Origin: Octopus vulgaris
Lineage: Eukaryota
Length of the DNA stretch: 64,000 nt
Assembly (NCBI GenBank): GCA_951406725.2
Contig: OX597823.1
Span: 60,078,001-60,142,000, forward strand
Direction: 5' to 3'
Under the pieces are notes generated by a model. It was not told the DNA's origin. It searched no databases and worked only from the letters and a program-made list of their open reading frames with translations. The number at the start of each line of letters is the position of its first letter. The stretch's first letter is position 1. The translations under genes were made by a program, and so were the position numbers. Below, piece by piece: positions 12,956 through 27,116 of this stretch.

Positions 12956-13561
12956 TAACACCAGTATGGCCATATACATTAATATGTGACATATTCAAGT
13001 CTTCATATATATCAAGTAATAGCTTCCTCAAATCATATAATTCTGTCTATAACATAGCTAAATCATGCAGCTCAATGTATAAACCAAGTTTGGTATCCCT
13101 AACTATGAAATGTTTAAAATCTTATAGTTTAGCCTATGACATTCTAAATTGATGGGGTTGTATGCTTCATGACTTAAGAATGGTCTCGGCTTAGACCTTT
13201 ACTTACTAAACTATGAAACCATCAATTCATATATCATATGGAATACCTCAAAGTTTTCTAAATAGATGTGCATGCATATATATATATATATCTTAATGTG
13301 TAATTATGAAGTGCATTCATAAAGTACCAGACTTTATTTTTTTCCCACCCATGCTAAAGCCATGTGGGCAAAACTTTTGGATGATAGGTGATGCGACCCT
13401 TCCTGTGCATGTGTGAAAATTTTCATAAGTTGCATTTTCGGAGCTCCTTTATCTTAAGGTGCATTTTGAGAATGTCTTTATTGGAAATAAGTATCAATGA
13501 AGAATATGTAGAGATAAAGATCTTTTACTTGGAATGCTTACATTTGGTGACTTTCTATAAA

Positions 13562-13775
13562 TCCTTTAGCATTTAAACCATCATATTAATCCCAAATATT
13601 TTACCTGTTTCAGGCTCAAATTGATCATATCCAGCCTCTCACTCCTGTCTTATAATGTTATTCTCAAACTAAACAGTCACATCATCAAAAGCCATGAGAT
13701 AATGCAGGATTCATTCAAAACAATGTCAATACAATAAGTATTGTATCTGACAGAATAATCTAAATGCAAAAGGGG
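13562..13775. mobile_element. Old piggyBac-like MITE
   Basis: Ends cctttagcattta / taaatgcaaaagggg with degenerate TTAA-like flanks; an end fragment recurs at ~36155-36200. Confidence 0.5.
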
Positions 13776-13805
13776 TAAGGAAAAAACATAGAGAAAGAAA
13801 GAGAA

Positions 13806-13839
<34 letters not shown>

Positions 13840-14769
13840 ATGACCATGGGGTTAAAAAGTTCACTTTTTCGCTTTTCAACCACATAGCTTTTAGATTCAG
13901 TCCCACTTGATAGCACAAGGTGAATCCCCAAATCTTTCAGACTTTTTCAGAAGAGACATTTATCAATTTCAAAGAACAACAAAACTTTAAATCCCCTTTG
14001 AATTAGGTTCCTTTAACTTCATTGCACTTGTAGCACTCCTGCCACTTCATTAAAGTTCTATGGAATTCCTCAAAAGTGAAGGTGTCCTTGAATTTTACAA
14101 TGATTGACTAAACCAAATGACTGAAATCAAAGAGAATAAAGAATTTTTTTAAATAGGCTCTTGATTTCTTCTGCCTCCTAATTTTATATGACAATCTAGT
14201 AAGTATGAAATAAGTTTTTATTCTAATATATCCTTAACCTTAGGATGCCATTCCCCACCATAAATACAGACTGGTCATGATTATGTAAAATACAGACATT
14301 TAAGTATCGTTGCCATTATTTACTTTTGTTGCTTTGCAACACTGCTTTGCTCTGTTTGATCTAATATATAGCAATATTTCTATATGTCTATAGATTTGGT
14401 TCAAGTAGAGCTGACCAAACCAATATTTCTGTAGATTACCTCAAACAGAGTTTGACCAGAGTTACGGTACACACAAAGACTAGACCTATTTAAAATTTTA
14501 TTTTTCAATAAAATTATTAATTATTTTGTAGATTACATATGAAAGTCAGACAAACTTAGTATTACCTCCAAAGAAGTAAACTGATTGGTGCCATTTATAA
14601 CAAATTAACCAAAGTTTTGCTTCTATTTACAGCATTTAGAAATTTATGTCTCAAATCTAACTGTGAAATTTGCTAATAAACATTAAACTAAACTTTCTTT
14701 GTTCTCTAATGATGAAACCCTGTTGATATATATCCTCACATACACATGTATACATTCACCTATATACTT

Positions 14770-15321
<552 letters not shown>

Positions 15322-15637
15322 AGCTAATCAGTTTATTAAAACATTTTAAAACTTTATTATAAAACTGCTCTCAGCAAGTTTCCTTAGCAAGAAATGTTTG
15401 CATAACTTTGCTTTCTTTTATTTTTATGATTTTTTCCAGGATGATTAACCCCCATCTTCAGGCCTACAAATCTTTTATATTCATATCTACACTGAGAGAT
15501 TCTCAGATTTATTTGAGTGTCTGACAAAATACCTTGCAGTATATATTCAGTTACTTTTGTTTTTGTTTTGCATTCAGTTTCTACCAAAATCAATTTAGTT
15601 TTCAAGCCTATTCTCACCTATAATCATTAATGTTTGG

Positions 15638-15805
15638 TAATGACCGACAGAGAATGACCGCAAATAAATGCTGATGAAAAGGAATTCTTCTAAAGGGTTT
15701 CTGGAATAACATTTCTCAACAGGTTGTGGTAGCTTGGATATCAGGATGTGTCTCCAAGTCAAACTGCTTCTTCTTAGCATTGAGAGACCACAGCTTCAGT
15801 ACTGG
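15638..15805 (+). mobile_element. Decayed RTE-clade LINE ORF fragment (post-RT region)
   Basis: Frameshifted translation ends LLLLSIERPQLQY; its end resembles the start of the 58480-58720 fragment. Confidence 0.5.
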
Positions 15806-15987
15806 TAAAGAGCCCCTTTGGTAATGAATGATCATGGGATTGCACCTAGGAAGTTACCCTCCAAGGTGCAAGTCCAGGCAAGGTTGCTTATGGAAGACCA
15901 GCAATCACCCATGCATACCAGCCTCCCCTCTCCACACCACTGATGTTACCCAAGGGAAAGGCAAACACTGATACACCTTGGCATCAG
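15806..15987 (-). mobile_element. 3' part of a SINE family C variant
   Basis: Reverse complement of 55320-55508; also matches 61783-61940. Confidence 0.75.
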
Positions 15988-16260
15988 TGTGAAGATATAC
16001 AAACTACAGAAGGACAAGATGGTGTAGGTAGGAAAAGAGCAGACACATTGGACAGAGAGGTGCTCAGGAGATCATGAAATATGTGATGAAAGAACTTTGA
16101 TGGACAAATAAACTAAAAGTAATAATAATAAAAATAAAGTGATGCTCACATAAATAGTGCCTGTGTTTAGTTGGCAAAAGATGGTCATCCCCAAGTATAA
16201 TAATATCTGTTTCAACCCACGTTTTCACATCAAGAATCTTGTCAAACCAAACATGTAAAC

Positions 16261-16314
<54 letters not shown>

Positions 16315-16316
<2 letters not shown>

Positions 16317-17352
16317 CTATAATGGACGTTATGGCCATCTGTCTGTCTGTCCATCTCTTTGTCTGTTCCCTCTTCATGGCCAGACGCCCAGACCAGTGAT
16401 TACGATATTTTCTGGGATTACAAAGACAGTTGTCAGGAAGGTAATAAAAGCTAAAAAGCATGATTATTTCGTAGATATCGATTTTTGAATTTATAAACTA
16501 TCTTTGGATTTTTTTAAAAATTCACCGACCTCAAGTAACTCTGAATTTTCTTCATACAGTTCATGGCCCCATCGTAGATACAAAGGGGTTCACGAGAATG
16601 ATTAATAGCGAAAATAAAATGAAAAAAGTGTGTGTCAGTATATAGTGTGTGTGATTATTTAGTGGTTATTGAAGTGTGTCAGTCTCAAGTAGGATTCGAA
16701 ATGGTTGTTGTTTACATCTCAGTTTTGTCAATCAAAATAACCCACGGTACCAGAACATCCAGATATTATTCACATAGAACAGTGAGAGGTAAGTCTTAGT
16801 TTCATTTTTTTGCACTCACACATTCACAGCAAATAAGGCACAGGGCCATACTTTAGATTGTGTAACAATGGACTCCAGTAATTTGAAAATTTAATGTCAA
16901 CCAAACAGAAGATATTTTCTACAAAGAAGTTTTGATATTATCGAAAAGAATATGATTCATAATTTAAATAAGGAGTTTTGTGAACTTTGAATGTATAAGA
17001 GTATAAACAAGCATAAAATAGTGCAAACAACTAAAATAAAAGTATATCTAAATAACATTGTTTTCGTAATACTTTTGTGTAGTGGTCAAAGGAAGTTCTG
17101 GCTTTCATTAAGAGTGGTCCACATAACCATTCATGATACAGAGGCTGGGAGCCTATTTCATCACATATCACTTAATCGCAAACACACATTTTATAGCTAC
17201 AACAGAATGCTGTATCACCAACAACAATGTGATTTCTCAAAGACATCACCCTGTAATCTATCAAGTCTATTTACACATGTCTCAATACATATTGCTGCTA
17301 TGACTTCCCTCCTTCATTTTATGCCTCCATCGTAGATGGGTAGATTTGCTAG
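16315..17352 (+). mobile_element. Non-autonomous Helitron-like element
   Basis: 5' tactataa followed by a (CTGT)n patch; 3' hairpin ccatc-gta-gatgg (17327-17339) 9 nt before terminal CTAG (17349-17352) followed by T; no target duplication seen. Confidence 0.65.
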
Positions 17353-17938
17353 TATATTTAATAGAATTTGAGTAATAAATAGCCTCATAACATGCAGTTA
17401 GAAAGCTGTTGTCTGGTGCAGAAACAAATGTTGTGATTTGTAATGTTTTTTTCTATCTTTGTATTGAAGAAAATTTTTAGATTCATATATATTTGTATAT
17501 ACAAACATATATAGAATAGCATTCTTTAAGTTTCCATCTACCAGATCCACTAACAAGGTTTTGATTGGCCAGGCACCATAGTAAAAAACACTGGCCTAAG
17601 CTGCCAGTGGTTGGGAGGCAAGCTTCTTACCACACAGCCATGCCTGTGCGATATAAAATAAATTATTACCTGTCAATAAAACTGAATTGAACTGAACATA
17701 GATTTTTCTCCAATATATTGTCTAAGTATATATAAGGCCTTCCATTCGAAACAGCTAATTTACCAATTTAGTTGTGGTGTATAGTCTTTGTAGTTTTATT
17801 CCATACAAAACTTTTTAATTCAAATTTAAGAAATCTGAGAAGAATTTTTCTGAGATATGACATTAAAGAGATCACACAGTTTAAAAATAGATAGGTTATA
17901 AAACCTTGAAATATATGTTCAATATGAAATTCAATTTG

Positions 17939-17986
<48 letters not shown>

Positions 17987-18357
17987 ATTACATTTTGAAC
18001 TTTTTACGTTATTTGTGTGGAGTATTGAGGAAACAAAGAAAAAATTTCACTAGTATATATGTGTGTGGGTGAGAGTGTGCATGTACGTGTGTGCATGCAT
18101 CTGTGTGTGTGTCTGTGTGTGTGTATATGTGTGCATATGTGTGTATGTATGAATTTATCTTATGGTATATTTATAAATGCAATATAAATAGACATATATA
18201 TATAGATTTATATTTACATATATAATGTTATTTATTAATATATATATATATTGTTTTCAGATTTGGTAAATGATTGGAAACTTTACCGGTAAGTGTGTTA
18301 AATAATAGGCTACTAAAAGAGAATGACTCTCCCCAGACACAACAAAAATATATTCTT

Positions 18358-18558
18358 TTATCCTTTTCTTTTTCCAGTCTTTTGACTGCGACATGCTGGA
18401 GCACTGCCTTTAGTCGAGCAAATCATCCGCATGACTTTTTTTTTGTAAGCCTAGTACTTATTCTATCAGTCTTTTTTGCCAAACTGCATAAGTTATGAGA
18501 ACATAAACACACCAGCACCAGTTGTCAACCAATGTTGGGGAGACAAACACAAACACCC

Positions 18559-18647
<89 letters not shown>

Positions 18648-18802
18648 GGATTCTTTCAGTTTCCATCTATTAAATCCATTCACAAGGCTTCAGTCAGCCT
18701 GAGGCTATAGTAGAAGACACTTGCCCAAGGTGCCACGCAATGGGACTGAACCTTGAACTATGTGCTTGGTAAGTAAGCTACTTACCACACAGCCACTCCT
18801 GC
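18358..18802 (-). mobile_element. SINE family A, full length with expanded internal (CA)/(TA)
   Basis: Colinear reverse complement of 57755-58166. Confidence 0.88.
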
Positions 18803-19267
18803 ACTTAATATATATACATACATACATACACACACTTGTTTTAAATCTGTTTTTTTCTTTCATACCTGAATGAAACATGTTATTGAGGCATTGTTTTGCG
18901 GCTGGATGTTTTTCCTAGCATCAACCTTTGCCTGATTTTTGTGTTTTTGTTTTTTACAATTTAGGGATCTTGAAGGCACAACATGAGCAAGATATAAAAA
19001 ACAAATGGACACACATGCATGCACATTCACACACAAATACTCGCACATACACATGCGTGCACACACACACACACACACACATTGTCATTTTTTATTTATA
19101 TTTTATAGGGATCACCCTAGTGTGCTGACAAAGTATCTCTCCTACTCAAGCACCATACACCCCACACTTTTCCCATGCAACTACATCTCCTTCTCCCTTT
19201 ACTCTTGTGCAACCTACCCAATGATACATCATTTCCCTCTCTTTTCTCCTTCTTCTCCCTAATGTAT

Positions 19268-19297
19268 TGTTATTATTATTATCATTATGTTATTACT

Positions 19298-19356
<59 letters not shown>

Positions 19357-19663
19357 ACATTTTATAGTTTCAGGCAAATTTCTTCTGCACCACATGCTAC
19401 ACATCCGTATTCTTATTATTACTATTATTAAGGTGGTGAGCTGACAGAATCATCTGCAAGCTGGATGAAATGCTTAATGGTATTTCACCAAACACTACGT
19501 TCTGAGTTCAAATTCTGCCAAGGTCGAATTTGCTTTTCATGCTTTTGGAGTTTATAAATAAAGTACCAGTTGTACACTGGGGTCAATCTAATTGATTGGT
19601 CCCCTCCCCAAAAATTTTTGGCTTTGTGCCTAGAGTAGAAAAGATTATCATTATTATATTATT

Positions 19664-19725
<62 letters not shown>

Positions 19726-19733
19726 CATCATCA

Positions 19734-19791
<58 letters not shown>

Positions 19792-20020
19792 CATGATTAT
19801 TATTATTGAGCTTGCAGAATGGTTAGTATGCCAAGAAAAATGCTTAGTGGTATTTCATCCATTTTTACAATCTGAGTTCAGATTCCACCGAGGTCAACTG
19901 AGCCTTTCACCCTTTCAGGGTCAATAAATTAAGTACCAGTTGGACACTTGGGTGGATCGATGTGATCGACTTAACCCACTCCCAAAATTGCTGGCCTTGT
20001 GCCAAAATTTGAAACCATTA
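19268..20020 (+). mobile_element. Two SINE family B copies (19430-19646, 19808-20015) alternating with (ATT)n tracts
   Basis: Both carry gagct..cagaat...tctgagttca.attc..cc.aggtc...aagtaccagtt; (ATT)n at 19268-19353 and 19646-19807. Confidence 0.8.
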
Positions 20021-20787
20021 TTATCCATCCACACTGACCCACTTCTTTACTGCCATTCATTACTTACTCTCCCCAACCTTCTCCATTTCATATGTATAAT
20101 AAATCACTCCTCCATCCTGTCCAGCACTCACTACCGCCACTCCTTAGCCCTATCCATTCTCTACAGCCAACATCCTTACTTTTCTTATGTCTTCAAATTT
20201 TATTCATCTCTTACTCTTCTAATTTTATTCATCAGTGTATTTGTCCACCCCACTTCACCCACCGCACCAATTTCCTATCCCTAACCATTCATCATTCTCT
20301 CTCATACACTCTTGTGATCTCTACCTACACCTTTTACCATTTTGTCTGTCACCACATATTTCTATTCATTTTCTTGTACATCCAAGGTCCATTCTGTCAC
20401 TTCATCACCACAATTTTATCTTTCTTTCCTGCTCCATCCCTGTTATTCCCACCTACTCTGTATGTTGTCATGTAGCTCCTCCACAGCAAGAAACCATTTC
20501 TCTCCCTTTCTTTCATTCTTTAATCTCTCATTGCCTAGTATAATGCTGACTTCTTCTACTGGAGCCACACTCAGTCAAATGGTATTTTAAGTCTTGTGAG
20601 CTGTATGGTGACTTTATTGGTGCTGGTATCCTGAAAAACGAAAAGAAAAAGCTCCCAGTACACACTATAAAGTGATTGGTGTTATGATAGGCCATCCAAC
20701 CATAGAAATCATGAATACTGTCCCCCATAACCGTTGGATTCAGTCAAACCATCCAACCTATGCCAGTGTGGAACATAGGCTCTAAAA

Positions 20788-21020
20788 GTTGATGATGATG
20801 ATGAGGAGGAGGAGGAGGATGGCAGTGGTGGTGGTGGTGGCGTTGGTGGTGTTGGTGGTGGTAGTCGTGGTCATGTCATTGTCGTGGTTGTGGTCATGGT
20901 TGTGAAGAGGAGATCGATGATAATAACAATGGTAACAATAACAATGATGATGATGATGATGATGATGATTATAATGATGACAATGATGATGACAACGTCG
21001 AAAATGACCATGATAATGAT
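20788..21020. repeat. Degenerate trinucleotide tract (GAT/GAG/GTG) following a (GAT)-tailed retroposon end (20640-20800)
   Basis: Directly visible. Confidence 0.85.
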
Positions 21021-21789
21021 ACACCTTACCCTAAAAAAAAGGAACAGGCTATCAGCAGGAAAAGCCTCCAACCGTGAGACAATACCTCAAAAATAAGTAC
21101 TCACATAATTCATGCCAGTATGGATAAAAAGACATAAAACAAATGAATGAATGCAGTGTTGACACATATTTTACCCACTCTGGAGAGCTAAAGGGAGAAA
21201 GTCAGCCAACCATAATACAATTTTAACTCAGAATCACAATGCAAAAAAACACAACTCTGAAATAGTTACAACTCTCAAATAGTTACAATCCATTTCAAAA
21301 GGAGACGCTTCCTCGAAATTAATTAGATGATTCTATAAGGGAATAGATTTAGAAACAAACAGAAGTATTTACAATTGAATTGTTTTTCCCTTGATGGTAT
21401 TGTGTGATACTGAAAATTTGACAGCTTACTTTATTTTTCTATATTTCTTCATTTGTATGGAAACCATCACACAAGTATGAATTTATACTATAGTTACACA
21501 TATTTGCAATATCACACATACACACACATACACACATATGCATATGTTGCCAACAACACAAGGAACTTCAAAGTCACTATCAATAAAATTATATATGCAC
21601 ATACACTCACATACACATGTGTGTGCATGTATATATATATATACACATACATATATACGTACATACATATGCACACACACATACATATATATATATATAT
21701 ACATATGTGTGTGTGTATGTGTGTGCATGTGCTTGTGGATGTATTTAATAAATATGCATATGTAAAATATATATACTATATATATTATG

Positions 21790-21826
<37 letters not shown>

Positions 21827-22574
21827 CCACATAAATGTGTCTAACCCTATATGTAGTCCAACTCTTGCCAGCATGGACGGCTGATGTTAAATGATGATGA
21901 TGATGATGATGATGTTGATAACAATGACGACTGTGACGATGATGATGATGATGATGATAAGATATATATATAAATTTTTTAGAAATAAATTTAATATGAG
22001 ATAGGAAATCAATTTTTATTCAAAATAATTAAGTTTGACATTACAGGGCTTCATGCTTACTTATATATATATATATATTTATATAACAATTGAAAAGACA
22101 AATAATTTCTTATTGCTGTTCCTCTTTAAAGTACAATTAATAACGATTTTCTCTACATTTTTTCTTTTAGCTTTTTTCTTTTTTTTTTAACCCTTTGTTT
22201 TATTTTGTGATTATGTGACGTGAAGATCTTTGCTTATTCTATAATTTAATAAATGTTAAATATATTTGTTATTGGTGAGATATTTGCTGCTCTTCTTGCA
22301 AAGGGCTTTTATAGTAAGGCCTATTTCTGTTTATATTTATTTTATTCTTTGCCATTTTAGGAAAATTTGCATAGATTGTATTTGAAGCATGTAATATATT
22401 TTATTTATTTTAGAAATATGCAAGAGAATACAGTTGTTTATTTTGGTTATATTGTGTATACTTTTCATGCGTTTGTTATTTAAGAGAAGCTTCTCAATGT
22501 TGTGCTTGTAGATATGTATCTGACGAAGCCATGCATATATGCACATACACACTTAGAAGCTCATGTACAAGCAC

Positions 22575-23240
<666 letters not shown>

Positions 23241-23503
23241 GTCATCACCATTATTATCATTTTTTTAACATCCACTTTTTCATGCTTTCATCAGTGAAAA
23301 TTCATTAAAATAAATTTTCTGTGGCTGGATCCCTCTTCTCTTGCCAGCCCTCACCTTTTTCTATGCGAGATATCATTTCACCATAGCTGGACATGTTTTC
23401 ACAGAAAATCAGAAAGGAAAGCCACAACTTGTTTGCCAGTGGCAGTGCTTTACAACTATAGTATGATGTCAAAATTTGGAAGTGTAAAGAGATTCATGTA
23501 CAA

Positions 23504-23543
<40 letters not shown>

Positions 23544-24073
23544 ATACATATATGTGTATGTTTATATGTTTGTTCATACTGAATTCCAGATCTGCAATTT
23601 TCAAAAATGCAAGCATATGGACAAATTTCCTTCGGTGAGCTGAAGGACTCAATCCTCTCCAGATTGAGCAGTAGTCATACAGATTTTGGACCCTCTTATG
23701 TACAATAATTCTACAATTAACTTAATTAAGGCTTTATGATCAGAGGAGTCATAACTCTAATTCCTTTTCTTTTCTTTTCTTTTTCCATTTTTATTCACCC
23801 TTCCACTTTTTGCATCTACCTTCTTATTTGCATCTACCTTCTCTTACACCAGCGCCCTGATCTGCAAATAGAATAGACTATGTGCTCAGAGCCCAAAAAC
23901 TACTTGCAGACACAAGGTATTATATAAGAACTTAACTAGACCTTTGTCTCCAAAGAAGGAAACTATTAGAAACTTGATCTTTGTATGATGTGCATTAACA
24001 TTGTGTGTGTGTCTGTGTGTGTGCATGTATGAGAGTGTGTGAGTGTGAGTACGAATATATAAAAATATATGTA

Positions 24074-24114
<41 letters not shown>

Positions 24115-24134
24115 CTATCTATCTATCTATCTGA

Positions 24135-24326
24135 TGTGACCATGTGTGTACCATTGGCAATTTTTTTTCCTCTGTCTTCCCTTCTCTGGATCTTTCCTTC
24201 TCCTATGTTTCCGATGAAGAGCTCTGCTCGAAACGTTAAACCCTCCTTCTTTCCTGAGCGTCGAATAATACTATATTTGTTCCACATCCTCGCATTGTTG
24301 TGTTTTTTGTGCTTTCTTGTTTGGAT

Positions 24327-24331
<5 letters not shown>
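24135..24331 (+). mobile_element. Short repeat carrying a minimal hammerhead, between (TATC)n and (TA)n
   Basis: Hammerhead at 24207-24241; tail recurs at 3061-3104; the ttcctgagc motif is shared with the 3151 and 49837 elements. Confidence 0.65.
24207..24241 (+). ncRNA. Minimal type I hammerhead, U4C variant
   Basis: gttt CCGATGA a gagc-tct-gctc GAAA CG TT aaac: stem I gttt/aaac, stem II 4 bp, palindromic stem III AACGTT. Confidence 0.65.
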
Positions 24332-24370
<39 letters not shown>

Positions 24371-24377
24371 AGCCATA

Positions 24378-25032
24378 ATCTGTGGCCCCTACCTGGGACG
24401 TAGTCAGTCCACCTGTGCATACCTTCCTGCTTATGACACTTGTGAAGACCTGTTGAGGCAAGTGAAAATCAAATCAAATCAAATCAAATCAAATCAAACC
24501 AAATCAAAATAGATGAACATCAATGGAATTTGTATCCTTGTGGTACCAGTGCCGGTGGTACCAGTGCATGTGGTACCAGTGCCGGTGGCACATAAGAAAA
24601 CCATCCGAACGGGACCGTAGCCAGTACCGCATCAACTGGCCTCCGTGCTGTGGGCACATAACAAACACCATCCGATCGTGGCCATTCGCCAGCCTCGTCT
24701 GGCACCTGTGTCAGTGGCACATAAGAAAACACCGAAAACACCATCCGAGCATGGCCGTCTGCCAGCCTCGTCTGGCACCTGTGTCGGTGGCACATAAAAA
24801 ACACCATCCGAGCGTGGCCGTCTGCCAGCCTCATCTGGCACCTGTGTCGGTGGCACATAAAATCACCCACTACACTCTTGGAGTGGTTGGCGTTAGGAAG
24901 GGCATCCAGCTGTAGAAACACTGCCAGATCTGACTGGCCTGGTGCAGCTTTCAGGCTTGCCAGACCCCAGTTGAACCGTCCAACCCATGCTAGCATGGAA
25001 AGCGGACGTTAAACGATGATGATGATGATGAT
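24378..25032 (+). mobile_element. Young (GAT)n-tailed retroposon 3' region with internal tandem arrays
   Basis: CpG-rich; (AAATC)n at 24466-24510; 15-bp and ~60-bp repeats; terminal agcggacgttaaacgatgatgatg shared with other copies. Confidence 0.8.
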
Positions 25033-25039
25033 ATATATA

Positions 25040-25417
25040 TATATATGAAAAAACAAGTCAAGATAGAAAATGCTAAAATAATTTTATAAAGACCATTTCA
25101 GTACCGGTTTCAGTCATTTTGAGACCTTTTCAACTGTAACGATTAAATAATTAAATTTAGAAAAATTTTTAAAAAAGAGACAGAGAAAGGCAGAAACACA
25201 GAAAATGCCACTTATATTTGAACACTATACAAATATTCTTTTAAAAAACTTTTCTTTTAATTTTTCTAAATTTAATTATTTAATCGTTACAGTTGAAAAG
25301 GTCTCAAACTGACTGAAACCGGTACTGAAATGTTCTTTATAAAATTATTTTAGCATTTTCTATCTTGACTTGTTTTTTCATATATATCAACTCGTGTGTT
25401 CCTTTTCATCCTTATAC
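25040..25417 (+). mobile_element. Inverted repeat (arms ~25040-25168 and ~25260-25387) with hammerhead variant and 3' extension, in (TA)n
   Basis: Arms are near-perfect reverse complements around a ~90-bp spacer. Confidence 0.8.
25290..25327 (+). ncRNA. Minimal type I hammerhead, U3-A8 variant (mirror copy at 25099-25136, minus strand)
   Basis: cag TTGAAAA ggtc-tcaaact-gact GAAA CCGG TA ctg: stem I cag/ctg, stem III ACCGGT, GUA cleavage triplet. Confidence 0.6.
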
Positions 25418-26168
25418 ATATATATATATATATAAATATAGAGAGATACACACATACATGGCTGTATGGTAAGAAGCTTGCTTCTCAACCACATGGTTCC
25501 AGGTTCAGTCCCACTGTGTGATATCTAGGGCAAGCGTCTTCTTCTATAGCCTCAGGTTGACCAAAGCCTTGTGAGTAGAAAACTGAAAGAAGTTAAAAAG
25601 ATATATGTAAATGTAAGCAACTGGCTAAATATATAGGCAGACAAATATACAATATCCTTGATATTCTTTGTTAAGATTTTTAAAGTTCTTGCCTCAAATC
25701 CAATCTATGACAATTACATATCCAGAAATAAGATACCTGTTGACGATCAGAGATCAAACCATTTGAAACATACTGTAGATGTTACAATTGTAAATATACA
25801 GACGAAAAATGAGATTAATATCGTGGAAAGTTATAATCTTATTAGCAGCAACTCACTTCAGTCACATAGACATTTAATCATGGAAATGTATGGGTTGCTC
25901 TTATCAGGCATATGTCTATCTTGGATTTCATGAGTGTGTTCATATGCATGTATCTTTGAGTGTGTGTGTGTGTGTGTATTTATGTGAGTACATATGTATG
26001 TCTGTGTGTATGTGTATGTATGTATGTATGGGTGTGTGTATGTATGGGTGTATGTATGTGTGCGCATGCATCTATCTATCTAGCTAAATATATATGTGTG
26101 TGTGCATATATATATGTATATATGTATATATGTATGTAAGTATATATGTATGCATATATGTATTTAAG

Positions 26169-26202
<34 letters not shown>

Positions 26203-26671
26203 TGTATGTATGTATGTATGTATGTGCTGGTGGTTAGAGAAATACCTGAACTAGTGATCAAATGCACTCTATGACCACTGAAAGTGATTTTTCTCCCCAC
26301 CCCACCACACACACACGGATGCACTAGTTCTCAGAATATCTGTCTAAGAGAAGATGACACTGGTGTAAGAGGTGAGATTTGTTCAATTTCTGGTCCTTCT
26401 AACCAATGCTGAACTACTAACAAGAAAGTTGTTGTATCATAAAAAATTAATGCATTTCTGTAACTGCTTCATTTATTATCGCCAATTTTGTCACATTTTT
26501 TATCTTCCATTTGTTTCAGTCCTTAGACTACGACTATGCTAGAGCATTGCCCCAAAGAGCATGTTGTCAAATGAATCGTCTCTAGTACTTTTACTTCGTT
26601 TTTAAGCTTGGTATTCATCCTATTCTTTTTTGCCAAAAAGGTAATTTATAGGGATGCAATATATACATACT

Positions 26672-26733
<62 letters not shown>

Positions 26734-26769
26734 TATACATATACATATGTGTGTGTGTATATTCTTTTA

Positions 26770-26983
26770 TTCTTTATTCTTTTACATGTTTCAGTCATTT
26801 GACAGCTGCTATGCAAGCAAATTGCTTTAGTCAAGCAAATCGACCCCAGGACTTATTCTTTATAAGCCTAATACTTACTCTATCAGTTTCTTTTGCTGAT
26901 CCACTAAGTTATGGGGACATATACACACCAGCATTGGTTATCAAGTGATGCTGGAGGGACAAACAGACACACAAAAACTCTCT

Positions 26984-27026
<43 letters not shown>

Positions 27027-27051
27027 ATATATATGTATAGAACAGGCTTCT
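26770..27051 (-). mobile_element. SINE family A, 3' half
   Basis: tgtttcagtcatttgac...caaatcgaccccaggacttattc matches other family A copies. Confidence 0.8.
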
Positions 27052-27070
27052 TTGTGTGTGTGTGTGTGTT

Positions 27071-27101
<31 letters not shown>

Positions 27102-27116
27102 TTGTGTGTGTGTGTA

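Noticed and set aside
15425-15465. Minus-strand CTGAAGA...GAAA
   Set aside because: Stem II is mostly wobble pairs and there is no stem I.
22515-22560. CTGACGA core-like motif
   Set aside because: No downstream GAAA or stem III.
24520-24996. 158-aa and 130-aa ORFs with internal repeats
   Set aside because: They arise from GC-rich tandem repeats within a retroposon 3' region.
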